Below are positions 1 to 8,434 of a stretch of DNA of 64,000 bases, piece by piece. This DNA comes from Candidatus Methylomirabilota bacterium. GTDB taxonomy: Bacteria > Methylomirabilota > Methylomirabilia > Rokubacteriales > CSP1-6. A program made the position numbers and the translations under genes. Numbering within the stretch: the first letter of the stretch is position 1; each line of letters starts with the position of its first letter. Location: assembly GCA_035281625.1 (NCBI GenBank), contig DATEDO010000105.1:102-64101 (forward strand), written 5' to 3'. The notes under the pieces are model-generated. The model saw only the letters and a program-made list of their open reading frames with translations. It did not search any database and was not told where the DNA came from.

Positions 1-740
1 ATGCGCGTGTCCAGGGGAGTCTCGGCCTCGAGCTCGCGCACGGTGAGCGCGCTGGTCTTGGCGCTCGACTTCCAGTGAATGAGGCGCGGATCGTCACCCG
101 GCCGGTAGTCGCGCAGGTTGTGGAGATCGTCACCCCGGCCGCGCCGGCGCGTGGGCGCCGCCCCGGTACCGCCCAGCTCGCGCAGTCGCTGGGGCGATAC
201 GGGGTGGACGGCCGGAAAGACGATCACCTCTTCGCGCAGCGCCACCTGCCCCGCCTTGAGGAAGATCCCGAACGGAAAGCGCGTGGTGACCCGCACGCCC
301 CCGAGCCGGTGGCGGCCGCGCCGCGGCATCGTGGCCGACCAGCTCACGAGGCGCGAATCGCCCGCCGGGATGCGGGGCAGATAGATGTAGCGCCGCGCGC
401 CCGCGGCGGCCTCGTGCACCTCGAGGGTGATCGAGTAGGAGGGAATCCACCGCTTCTCGTTTCGCATCGTGGCGCCGAGGACGGCGGGCTCCCCGGCGTG
501 GAGCTCCTCGGGCAGGGCCGGCGCCAGCCGCAGCCGCCGGATCACCGCCTCGGACAGGATCCCGGACACCACCACGAGCGCGAGCAGCATGGACGAGAGG
601 AGATAGAGGAGGTTGTTGCCGGTGTTGACGGCGGCGACGCCCAGCCCCACCGAGGCAAAGAGGCTCCACCAGCCGTCGCGCGTCGGCCAGATCGTGCGGC
701 GGGGCTGCCAGATCCGGCGGATCCAGTCGGGCAGGCGCAT
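1..740 (-). CDS. DUF58 domain protein (MoxR-associated); 3' end runs off the window
   Basis: Absent from the ORF track because it is open at the edge. Hand translation from ATG 740: MRLPDWIRRIWQPRRTIWPTRDGWWSLFASVGLGVAAVNTGNNLLYLL...GDDLHNLRDYRPGDDPRLIHWKSSAKT. Two N-terminal TM helices and the RxYxxGDxxRxIHW motif are typical of DUF58. It starts 8 nt after the MoxR stop. Confidence 0.85.
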   Translation of the reverse strand, partial: MRLPDWIRRIWQPRRTIWPTRDGWWSLFASVGLGVAAVNTGNNLLYLLSSMLLALVVVSGILSEAVIRRLRLAPALPEELHAGEPAVLGATMRNEKRWIPSYSITLEVHEAAAGARRYIYLPRIPAGDSRLVSWSATMPRRGRHRLGGVRVTTRFPFGIFLKAGQVALREEVIVFPAVHPVSPQRLRELGGTGAAPTRRRGRGDDLHNLRDYRPGDDPRLIHWKSSAKTSALTVRELEAETPLDTR

Positions 741-748
741 GGGCCGAC

Positions 749-1696
749 TCAGCGCGGGACGGGCACGTCCTGGACGAGGGTGCGGATGACGGCCTCGGGA
801 TCCATGCCGACGCCCGGCGCGCCGCCGGCGCCGCGCGTGATCACGCGGTGGGAGAGCGCGGGCACCGCGAGCGCTTTCACGTCGTCGGGCAGGAGGAAGT
901 CGCGTCCGTCGGCGAGGGCGCGGGCCCGCGCCGCGCGCAGGAGCGCGATGGAGCCGCGCGGGCTCACGCCGAGCGACAGGAGCGGCGTGGCCCGCGTGGC
1001 CGCCACCAGCGCCATCAGGTAGTCGAGCACGGACTCGTCGGCGCGCACCGCGTCCGCCGCGTCCTGGAGGGCGAGCACGTCCGCCACGTCGAGCACCGGC
1101 TCGAGCCGCTCGAGCGCGCTGCTGCCGCCGCCGCGCAGGATGAGCTTCTCGTCCAGCGCCTCCGGATAGCCGATGCGGATGCGAAGGAGGAAGCGGTCGA
1201 GCTGCGATTCGGGCAGCGGGAAGGTGCCCTCGTACTCGCGGGGATTCTGCGTCGCGAGCACCATGAAGGGCCGCGGCAGGGCGTGCGTGGTGTGATCGAG
1301 CGACACCTGGGCTTCGTTCATGGCCTCCAGGAGGCTCGATTGCGTCTTGGGGGTGGTGCGGTTGATCTCGTCGGCGAGCACGATGTTGGTGAAGAGCGGC
1401 CCCGGCTTGAACACGAAATCGCCGCGCTCGGGCTGATAGATGGCGATCCCGAGCACGTCCGAGGGCAGCATGTCCGACGTGAACTGGATGCGCTGGAAAC
1501 CCCCGCCGATGGAGCGGGCCAGCGCCGCGCCCAGCGTGGTCTTGCCCACTCCGGGCACGTCCTCGATGAGGAGATGGCCGCGGGCGAGCAGGCCGATCAC
1601 GGCCAGGCGCACCACCTCGGGCTTGCCAACCAGTGCCCGGCCCACGCTGTCTTCCAGTCGGCGGATGCATTCAGTGGTCCGGGCGTCGGAACTCAT
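749..1696 (-). CDS. moxR: MoxR-family AAA+ ATPase
   Basis: Motifs GVPGVGKT (Walker A), VLADEINR (Walker B) and ATQNP...LPESQLDRF. Start trimmed to ATG 1696, which has GGAGG 8 nt upstream. Confidence 0.93.
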   Translation of the reverse strand: MSSDARTTECIRRLEDSVGRALVGKPEVVRLAVIGLLARGHLLIEDVPGVGKTTLGAALARSIGGGFQRIQFTSDMLPSDVLGIAIYQPERGDFVFKPGPLFTNIVLADEINRTTPKTQSSLLEAMNEAQVSLDHTTHALPRPFMVLATQNPREYEGTFPLPESQLDRFLLRIRIGYPEALDEKLILRGGGSSALERLEPVLDVADVLALQDAADAVRADESVLDYLMALVAATRATPLLSLGVSPRGSIALLRAARARALADGRDFLLPDDVKALAVPALSHRVITRGAGGAPGVGMDPEAVIRTLVQDVPVPR

Positions 1697-1730
1697 GGGG
1701 GTAACCTCCATAGTACAATCAGCGCGCGCA

Positions 1731-2546
1731 ATGCCCACGCCCGCCGTGCCCCCGTCCCGGTGGCCCAAAAATGCCCTGTCCGCCTGCGCGTTTACGTTCG
1801 ATCTCGACGCGGAGACCCTGTGGATGGCGCGTGGCGTCACCGAGCCGGTGGCGCTCTCCCAGGGGCGCTACGGTCCCGTGGAGGCCCTGCCCCTCATCCT
1901 GGACGCCCTACGCGCGGGGGGCGTCCACGCTTCGTTCTTCATTCCGGCGTGGGTGGCCGAGCACTACCCCGACGCGGTGGCGGCCATCGCGGCCGCCGGC
2001 CACGAGGTGGGCTGTCACGGTGACGAGCACGAGCGGGTGAGCGATCTGCCACCGGAGCGCGAGGAGGCCATCCTCGTGAAGAGCGTGGAGGTGCTGACGC
2101 GCCTGGCCGGGCAGCGCCCGCGCGGCTACCGCGCGCCGGCCTGGCAGGTGTCGGCGAGCACGCTGCCGCTGCTCGTCAAGCACGGCTTCGAGTACTCCTC
2201 GAACTTCATGGACCGGCTCACCCCCTATCTCCACCCGCCGACGGGAGGGCGTGCCCTCGTAGAGATTCCCGTCTCCTGGGTGCTGGACGACGCGCCCTAC
2301 TTCATGTTCACCGGCCAGCGGAGCATGCAGGCGCCGGGGCCGGTGCTCCAGGGCTGGCTCACGGAGTTCGCGGGCATCGCGGAGGTGCACGGGGTGACGA
2401 ACTTCACCTTCCACCCGCAGATCATCGGCCGGCCCTCGCGGCTGGCCTGTCTGCGCGAGCTGATCGACCACGTCCGCCACACGCCGCGCGTGTGGATCGC
2501 GACCCTGGGCGAGATCGCGACGCATTGGCGCGCGATCGAGGGCTGA
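1731..2546 (+). CDS. Polysaccharide deacetylase family protein
   Basis: FTFDLD...HGDEH...RGYRAPAW motifs of the NodB-type deacetylase fold. Start trimmed to ATG 1731 to avoid overlapping MoxR. Confidence 0.85.
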   Translation: MPTPAVPPSRWPKNALSACAFTFDLDAETLWMARGVTEPVALSQGRYGPVEALPLILDALRAGGVHASFFIPAWVAEHYPDAVAAIAAAGHEVGCHGDEHERVSDLPPEREEAILVKSVEVLTRLAGQRPRGYRAPAWQVSASTLPLLVKHGFEYSSNFMDRLTPYLHPPTGGRALVEIPVSWVLDDAPYFMFTGQRSMQAPGPVLQGWLTEFAGIAEVHGVTNFTFHPQIIGRPSRLACLRELIDHVRHTPRVWIATLGEIATHWRAIEG

Positions 2547-2558
2547 CGGCGCCGCCGT

Positions 2559-3491
2559 CTACCGCAGCGCGGGGGCGACGTCCTTGATGAAACGGTCGAG
2601 GGCCTTCTTCTTGTCGGCGGGCAGGAAGAAGGTCGGAATGAAGAGCATGCCCACCCCCGCGTCGCGGAGCTTGCCCAGCTTGTCCTGTATCTGGGCCACG
2701 CTGCCGCCGAGCACGGTGTCGCTGGCCTTCGCCTCGTCGGCGCCCATGCGCGCCATGTAGGCCTTGCGGATCTTCTCCACCTCGGCGGCGGCGTCCGACA
2801 TCACGAGCACCATCACCGCCGAGCGCAGAATCTCCTTCGGATTGCGGCCAACCGTCGCGCAGTGCCCCTCGAGGATCTTGCCCTTGGCGGCCAGGGTGGC
2901 CGGCCCGCCCCAGGTGTTCCAGTGGTCGGCGTGCTTGGCGGCGATCTTGAGCGTCACCTTTTCGCCGCCGCCCCCGATCATGAGCTCCGGGTAGGGCCGC
3001 TGCACCGGCTTGGGCTCGCAGGGCGCGTCATCGAGCGCGTAGAACTTGCCCTTCCAGGTCGCCTTTTTCTCCGTCCACAAGCGCTTGAGCACCTCGCACG
3101 CCTCGTCGAGGCGCGCCAGCCGCTCGCCCACCGTGTAGAAGGGAATCCCGTAAGCCTGGTGCTCGTTCTCCTGCCAGCCCGCTCCGATCCCGCAGATCAG
3201 ACGGCCGTCGGCGATGATGTCGATCTGGGCCGCCATCTTGGCGAGCACCGCGGGATGACGATACGTGTTGCCCGACACGATGGTGCCCACGCGCATGCGG
3301 CGCGTCTCCGCGGCGAGCGCGGCCAGCGTGGTCCAGCACTCCATGGTGTCGCCCACCCGGTCCGTCGTGTTGGGCATGAAGTGATCGGTCACGCAGGCGG
3401 CGTCCCAGCCGGTGGCGTCGGCGTGACGCCAGAGATCCAGCACCTCCGTCCAGCGGGTGCCGCCCATGCCGTTGAAGATCGCGAACTTCAT
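2559..3491 (-). CDS. LLM-class (luciferase-like) F420-dependent oxidoreductase
   Basis: MKFAIF...DHF...GRLICGIGAGW pattern. GGAGGG RBS lies before ATG 3491. Confidence 0.88.
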   Translation of the reverse strand: MKFAIFNGMGGTRWTEVLDLWRHADATGWDAACVTDHFMPNTTDRVGDTMECWTTLAALAAETRRMRVGTIVSGNTYRHPAVLAKMAAQIDIIADGRLICGIGAGWQENEHQAYGIPFYTVGERLARLDEACEVLKRLWTEKKATWKGKFYALDDAPCEPKPVQRPYPELMIGGGGEKVTLKIAAKHADHWNTWGGPATLAAKGKILEGHCATVGRNPKEILRSAVMVLVMSDAAAEVEKIRKAYMARMGADEAKASDTVLGGSVAQIQDKLGKLRDAGVGMLFIPTFFLPADKKKALDRFIKDVAPALR

Positions 3492-3535
3492 GGATTCCCT
3501 CCTTGTCGGGTGGCCCGAGCGTACCATACCGCTCC

Positions 3536-4519
3536 ATGACTGCGTCCGCCCGGCACGGCGTGCTCGTGATCCACCCCGGCGCCCTCGGCGACGTGCTGCA
3601 GGCGGTCCCCGCGCTGCGCGCCCTCGCCGCGCTCGACGGCGGCGCCCGCGTGAGCCTGGCCGCGCAGCCGCGTCTGGCCGCCCTGCTCGTCGGGGCGGGC
3701 GCCGTCGACGAGGCGCTGTCCTTCGACGCGCTGGGCCTGGAGGCGCTCTTCGCGGACGCGCCGGTCGCCCCCGCTCTCGCGGACCGGCTCGCCCGCGCGC
3801 ACGCGGTCGTCTCCTGGTTCGGAGCGCGTCAGCCGCCGTACCCCGAGCGGCTGCGCGCGCGGGCGCCGCGCGCGATCGTGGCGCTGCCCGTGCCCGAGGT
3901 GAACCGCGTGTCCCCCGTGCCGGTGTGGCGGCATCTTCTCGCGTCGCTGGCGCCGCTGGGCGTGAGCGGTGCCGTGCCCGCGGAGTGGCGCGCGCCCCTC
4001 GCCGTCCCCGCCGACTGGCGGGCGCGGGCGCGCGCCACGCTGTCGACCTTCGGCCTCGCCGGCGCGCGCCCGATCCTCGTGGCGCATGCGGGCGCGGGGG
4101 GCGAGTGGAAGCGCTGGCCCGTCGAGCGCTTCGCGGACGCCATCGCGCGGGCCGAGGCGGGCGCTCCCTGCGCCCTGCTGCTCCACGAGGGCCCCGCGGA
4201 CGGCGCCGCCGTCGCCGCGCTGGAAGCGCGGCTGGATTCTCTCGGGGCCGGGCGGGGGCGCACGCGCGTGGTCGCGCCGGACCTGCCCGTGCTCGCCGGC
4301 CTCCTGGCCGAGGCGCGCGCGTTTCTCGGCGGGGACTCGGGCGTGAGCCATCTCGCCGCCGCGGTCGGGGTGACCGCGGTCATCGTCTTCCCCGAGGCCA
4401 CGCGCCAGCTCTGGCAGCCATGGAGCGCCTCCGCCGTCTCGCTCGGCGCCGACGAGCCGACCGCCCCGAACCGCGCCGCGGAGCGCCTGCGCGCGTGGCT
4501 CGCCGGCGGCCCGGCTTGA
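3536..4519 (+). CDS. Glycosyltransferase family 9 (heptosyltransferase-like)
   Basis: VLVIHPGALGDVLQAVPALRAL near the N-terminus and FLGGDSGVSHLAAAVGV near the C-terminus are GT9 hallmarks. Confidence 0.8.
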   Translation: MTASARHGVLVIHPGALGDVLQAVPALRALAALDGGARVSLAAQPRLAALLVGAGAVDEALSFDALGLEALFADAPVAPALADRLARAHAVVSWFGARQPPYPERLRARAPRAIVALPVPEVNRVSPVPVWRHLLASLAPLGVSGAVPAEWRAPLAVPADWRARARATLSTFGLAGARPILVAHAGAGGEWKRWPVERFADAIARAEAGAPCALLLHEGPADGAAVAALEARLDSLGAGRGRTRVVAPDLPVLAGLLAEARAFLGGDSGVSHLAAAVGVTAVIVFPEATRQLWQPWSASAVSLGADEPTAPNRAAERLRAWLAGGPA

Positions 4520-4544
4520 CAGCGTGCGCCCCGACCGCTATCCA
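4516..4544 (+). promoter_or_regulatory. Candidate sigma-70 promoter: TTGACA-N17-TATCCA, 6 nt before ATG 4551
   Basis: Perfect -35 hexamer at 4516-4521, a 17-nt spacer, and TATCCA at 4539-4544. The start codon follows after 6 nt, implying a leaderless or near-leaderless mRNA. Confidence 0.35.
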
Positions 4545-4550
4545 AGCCCC

Positions 4551-5219
4551 ATGCCCATGATCGATCTCTCGTTCCCGATCCGGCCGCACTTCCGCTGGAA
4601 GGTCGCCCGCGAGATCCGCGCCTCGCACGCCAATGGCGACAACTTCGAGTCCTCCATCATGACACTGGGCTGCCACGCCTACACCCACGTGGATGCCCCG
4701 CGGCACTTCCTCCCGGGGGACCGCCACATCGCCGAGATGCCCGTGGACCAGTGGGTCGGCGAGGCCGCGGTGGTCGATCTGACCCATCTGGGCGACAACG
4801 ACGGCGTGACCGCCGCCGATCTCGAGCGCCGGGCCGGCCATGTCCGGGCGGGCGACATCGTCCTGCTTCGGACCGACTGGCCCCGCCGGGTCAACGTGGA
4901 GGAAGAGCGCTTCTGGCGGGATGCCCCCTACACCGCGGCGGACGCCTGCCACTGGCTGGTCAGCCGGCGGGTGAAGGCGGTGGGGTATGACTATCCCCCC
5001 GACTACGTGGTGCGCGTCGGCATCTTCGAGCCCGCGCGCAAGGTGCCGCGCGAGGAGTGCACCACCCACTACATCTTCTTTCCCGCGGGGATAACCGTCA
5101 TCGAGTACCTGACCAACCTCCATCGCATCGGGGCGGCGCGCTGCCGCTTCATGGCCTTCCCCCTGGCCCTGGATGGGGCGGATGGCTCTCCGGTGCGGGC
5201 GGTGGCCGTCGTCGACTAG
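4551..5219 (+). CDS. Cyclase family protein (arylformamidase/kynurenine formamidase-like)
   Basis: HAYTHVDAPRHF metal-binding motif and the LLRTDW motif. Confidence 0.85.
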   Translation: MPMIDLSFPIRPHFRWKVAREIRASHANGDNFESSIMTLGCHAYTHVDAPRHFLPGDRHIAEMPVDQWVGEAAVVDLTHLGDNDGVTAADLERRAGHVRAGDIVLLRTDWPRRVNVEEERFWRDAPYTAADACHWLVSRRVKAVGYDYPPDYVVRVGIFEPARKVPREECTTHYIFFPAGITVIEYLTNLHRIGAARCRFMAFPLALDGADGSPVRAVAVVD

Positions 5220-5310
5220 GTCGTCCGGGCGGGTCCCGGCTTGACACCCCCTCGGGGGCCCGCCTATGCTCCTGCCACACCCCGCCCCGCGGCGGGTGGA
5301 GGTGGGACTC

Positions 5311-5829
5311 ATGAGCGAGGACGAGTACTCCGAATCCCTCGAGACCGAGTTCCGGAAGCTGGAAGGGGCGCTCCTCAACGACACCGTCCGGCTGCTCGCG
5401 CCCAGCGAGCCCATCCAGATGGGCGTCGAGGCCACCGTGGCCGAGGCTGTTGATCGGATGGTCGCCCTGCATCGCGCCGCGGTGGTCGTCGTGGACGGCG
5501 ACGGGCGCCTCATCGGCATCTTCACCGAGCGCGACGTCCTGATCCGCGTGCTCGGCGAGGGGCGCGATCCCGCAACCACCCGGCTGGGATCGGTCATGAC
5601 GGCGCGGCCGGAGGCCCTCTCGGCCCAGGACCGGGTGTGCTTCGCGGTGAACCGGATGAGCATGGCCGGCTTCCGCACCCTGCCCCTGGTGGACGCCGAG
5701 GGCCGGCCCATCGGGATCATCACCATCAACGACGTGGTGAAGTGGCTCGCCGAGATCTTCCCGGAGGCGGTGCTCAACCTCCGCCCCGGGGACCGGCTCA
5801 AGCACCCCTTGCAGGTGGATGCCGGTTAG
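5311..5829 (+). CDS. CBS domain pair protein
   Basis: Two CBS repeats (VVVVDGDGRLIGIFTERDV; LPLVDAEGRPIGIITINDV). GGAGG precedes ATG 5311. Confidence 0.85.
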   Translation: MSEDEYSESLETEFRKLEGALLNDTVRLLAPSEPIQMGVEATVAEAVDRMVALHRAAVVVVDGDGRLIGIFTERDVLIRVLGEGRDPATTRLGSVMTARPEALSAQDRVCFAVNRMSMAGFRTLPLVDAEGRPIGIITINDVVKWLAEIFPEAVLNLRPGDRLKHPLQVDAG

Positions 5830-5967
5830 GTGAGCCTAACCCGCGCAACTCTGGGGCGTGGCGCGCACTTTCGTGTATACTTGCCCGGGCTTCAAACGAG
5901 CCGGGCGTGGCTCCGGCCGACTTCCACGCTTGAAAACTGAGCGGACCATCCGCGAATAGGGGAAACC

Positions 5968-6702
5968 GTGCTCGTTCACGCCGTGCTCGTCGTCATCGCC
6001 GCCATCGTCGTGACCCAGGCGACCGTCTTCGCCACCACCGTCTATCTCCACCGCGCGCTGGCCCACCGGGCGCTCGACGTCCACCCCCTGCTGGACTGGG
6101 CGTTCCGCGCGGTGCTCTGGCTCAGCACGGGCATGCGGCGCCAGGAATGGGTAGCCGTGCATCGCAAGCACCATACCTTCACCGATCGCGAGGGCGACCC
6201 GCACAGCCCCATGCTGCTGGGGTTCTGGAAGGTCCAGCTCTTCAACGTCTACTACTACGCGCGGGAGGCCATGGCCCCCGACATCGTCCGGAAGTTCGCC
6301 CCCGATCTCGTCGAGGACCGGTGGGACCGCTACGTCTTCTCCTGGGGCTGGACGGGGCTGTTCCTCGGCACCTCGATCCTGTGCCTGCTTCTGGGCTTCT
6401 GGCCCGGCGTCATCGCCATGGTCGCCCACGGCATCCTCTACGTCTTCGTGCTCTCTCCCCTCATCAACGGGCTCGGGCACTGGCGGGGCGCGCAGAACTT
6501 CATGAACACCGCCTACAACTCGCGCGTCCTCGCCTGGTTCACGGGCGGGGAGAGCCTGCACAACAACCACCACGCCCATCCCCGCTCGCCGAAGTTCAGC
6601 GTGGGGCGCTTCGAGTTCGATCCGGGCTGGCTGGCGATCAAGGTCTTCGCCGCGCTCAAGCTGGTCGGCATCACCGGCCCCCTCGCGAAGCTCTCGTCCT
6701 AG
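5968..6702 (+). CDS. Acyl-CoA/acyl-lipid fatty acid desaturase (membrane di-iron)
   Basis: Histidine boxes HRALAH, HRKHH and HNNHH, plus N-terminal TM helices. GTG start. Confidence 0.88.
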   Translation: MLVHAVLVVIAAIVVTQATVFATTVYLHRALAHRALDVHPLLDWAFRAVLWLSTGMRRQEWVAVHRKHHTFTDREGDPHSPMLLGFWKVQLFNVYYYAREAMAPDIVRKFAPDLVEDRWDRYVFSWGWTGLFLGTSILCLLLGFWPGVIAMVAHGILYVFVLSPLINGLGHWRGAQNFMNTAYNSRVLAWFTGGESLHNNHHAHPRSPKFSVGRFEFDPGWLAIKVFAALKLVGITGPLAKLSS

Positions 6703-6731
6703 CGCCCTCGCCAGGCGCGGTCCGCCCGTCA

Positions 6732-6781
6732 GGTCGGGCCCCTTGGGTCGGGCCCCCTTGGGTCGGGCCCCTTAAGTCGGG
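6732..6781. repeat. 3.5 tandem copies of a 14-15 nt unit, GGTCGGGCCCC(C)TTG
   Basis: Copies at 6732-6745, 6746-6760 and 6761-6774, with a partial copy at 6775-6781. Each carries the palindrome GGGCCC. The array lies between convergent gene ends and overlaps the TAA stop of the 6772..7065 gene. Confidence 0.9.
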
Positions 6782-7065
6782 ATGGTCGTGCCGGGCGGGA
6801 CGTCGGTCAAGAGCACCCAGTCGTCGGGAGCTTCCGCCGGGGGCCGGGTTCCTTCCGGAACGTTGACCGTCCGCGCGCGGCTTGGCGAGAACCACTCCCA
6901 CACGCCCGGCGGGGGGGCCGCGGAGTCGACCGGCTCGCCCATCTCCGGGCCGCTCGTTCCCGACGTCTCCCGCTCGCTCTTCCGCTGCCGCTTCTCTTCC
7001 TGCTTGGCCCGCTGGGCGTCCGCCTTGCGCCGGCGCTCGAAGCCGTAGTTCTGGCGGGCGCTCAT
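6772..7065 (-). CDS. Hypothetical small protein (basic N-terminus, Pro-rich C-terminus)
   Basis: ATGA overlap with the RidA stop (7062-7065) and high GC3 codon pattern. I recognise no family. Confidence 0.55.
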   Translation of the reverse strand: MSARQNYGFERRRKADAQRAKQEEKRQRKSERETSGTSGPEMGEPVDSAAPPPGVWEWFSPSRARTVNVPEGTRPPAEAPDDWVLLTDVPPGTTIPT

Positions 7066-7505
7066 GCGTCAGCCACCGCGATGGCGCTGATCTCCACCTT
7101 GCAGCGCGCATGGGTGGCGAGGCGGGACACCTCCACGGTGGTGGTCGTGGGGAGATGGCCCTCGAGGTATTCGGCCCACACCCGATTGAGGTCGTCCTGC
7201 TCCTCCACGGCGGTGAGGTAGCGGGTGGCCGAGACGAGGTCGTGAAGGGTGCAGCCCGCCGCTTCGAGCGTCTTCTTCAAGTTTTCCATGGTGAGGCGCG
7301 CCTGCTCGCGCATGCTGTTGGGAAGGTTGAACTCCTCGTCCCGGTGTGGGTGGCTGTGATAGACCGGCGCCGCGGTGACGCCGGACAGGAAGACCAGCCG
7401 CCCCCGCGCAACCAGGATGCCCGGAGCATAGGGCATGTGCACGTCGGTCCGGCGGTCCGGGTGATGCACGACGGCCAGCTCTCTGGTCATGGGCCCCTCG
7501 CTCAC
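7062..7505 (-). CDS. RidA/YjgF family protein
   Basis: VFLSGV...ENLKKTLEAAG...TTTTVEV...VEISAIAV pattern. GTGA overlap with the upstream gene. Confidence 0.85.
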   Translation of the reverse strand: MSEGPMTRELAVVHHPDRRTDVHMPYAPGILVARGRLVFLSGVTAAPVYHSHPHRDEEFNLPNSMREQARLTMENLKKTLEAAGCTLHDLVSATRYLTAVEEQDDLNRVWAEYLEGHLPTTTTVEVSRLATHARCKVEISAIAVADA

Positions 7506-8434
7506 ACGAAGATGCTTTCGGGCAGGAAGGCGGAGACGATCCAGTTGGGCGCGTCCACGATCTCACTGATCTTGAGATCCACCGCCACGCTCGACACGAT
7601 GTACGCCTCCTCGCGCGAGAGGCCGCGCTCCTCCACCAGGTGGTCGATCATATAGCGAATCGCCTGCTGGGCGGCGGCGAAGAGGTCGGGGCCATGCGCG
7701 GTGGTGGCCACCCAGGCGCCGCGATTGGTCCCGGTGGCGATGGGCCCGCGCGTCCGGAAGCGCGGCTCGGGCAGCCCCCGGCCCTGCCGGAGATCGAAGC
7801 GCAGCGTCATCTCGGCCGCCATCTCCACCGCGGTCACGCACACCTCGCCGTCGCCCTGCGCGGCATGCCCGTCGCCCACGCTGAAGAGCGCGCCGTTCAC
7901 CCACACCGGTAGCTCTAGGGTGGTGCCCGCGGTGAGCTGCTTGATGTCCATGTTGCCGCCGTTCTTCCGCGGCGGCATGGTGCTGTGGCCACCCGGCTCC
8001 GGCAGCGCGGTGCCCATCACGCCGGGAAAGGCCTCGATGGGGACGGCGATGCGATCCCCCTTGCGCGCGAAGCGGCCGTCGGACACGTCCCAGATCTGTA
8101 GATACGGCTTGGGGAAGTCCGCCTCGGGCAGGAGCCCGCGGCCGGGCCGGATCGCCGTCCAGCCGAAGGGCGCGCCGGGCTTCACCTCGACGATCTCGAC
8201 CACGAGCACGTCACCGGGGCGCGCGCCCGTCACCCGCACCGGCCCCGTGAGGGGATGGCCGCGGAAGGGCCCGCGCCGGATCACATCGTCGTGGGTGGAG
8301 TCCGGCGAGTAGTACCCGTCGGCGGCGTCGCGGGTCTCGAAGGTCACGGTGTCGCCGGGCGCGATCTCCAGCCGCGGCGGCAGCGCGTTGTTCCACTCGT
8401 AGTGCACCTGGCTCCGGTCGAGGCGATGATTCAT
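7502..8434 (-). CDS. Acetamidase/formamidase family protein
   Basis: GDTVTFET...HPLTGPV...GGNMDIKQL...SVGDGHAAQGDGEV, typical FmdA/AmdA motifs. Start trimmed to ATG 8434 (ATGA overlap). Confidence 0.9.
   Translation of the reverse strand: MNHRLDRSQVHYEWNNALPPRLEIAPGDTVTFETRDAADGYYSPDSTHDDVIRRGPFRGHPLTGPVRVTGARPGDVLVVEIVEVKPGAPFGWTAIRPGRGLLPEADFPKPYLQIWDVSDGRFARKGDRIAVPIEAFPGVMGTALPEPGGHSTMPPRKNGGNMDIKQLTAGTTLELPVWVNGALFSVGDGHAAQGDGEVCVTAVEMAAEMTLRFDLRQGRGLPEPRFRTRGPIATGTNRGAWVATTAHGPDLFAAAQQAIRYMIDHLVEERGLSREEAYIVSSVAVDLKISEIVDAPNWIVSAFLPESIFV

Noticed and set aside
3457-4560. 367-aa Arg/Ala/Pro-rich ORF and similar ones (3488..4351, 3829..4545)
   Set aside because: They lie in alternative frames of the GT9 gene, are low in complexity and carry no motifs.
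6147-6866. 239-aa plus-strand ORF translating the tandem repeat as PWVGPPWVGP
   Set aside because: It is out of frame with the desaturase gene, which carries all three His boxes. The repeat lies in non-coding DNA after the desaturase stop.
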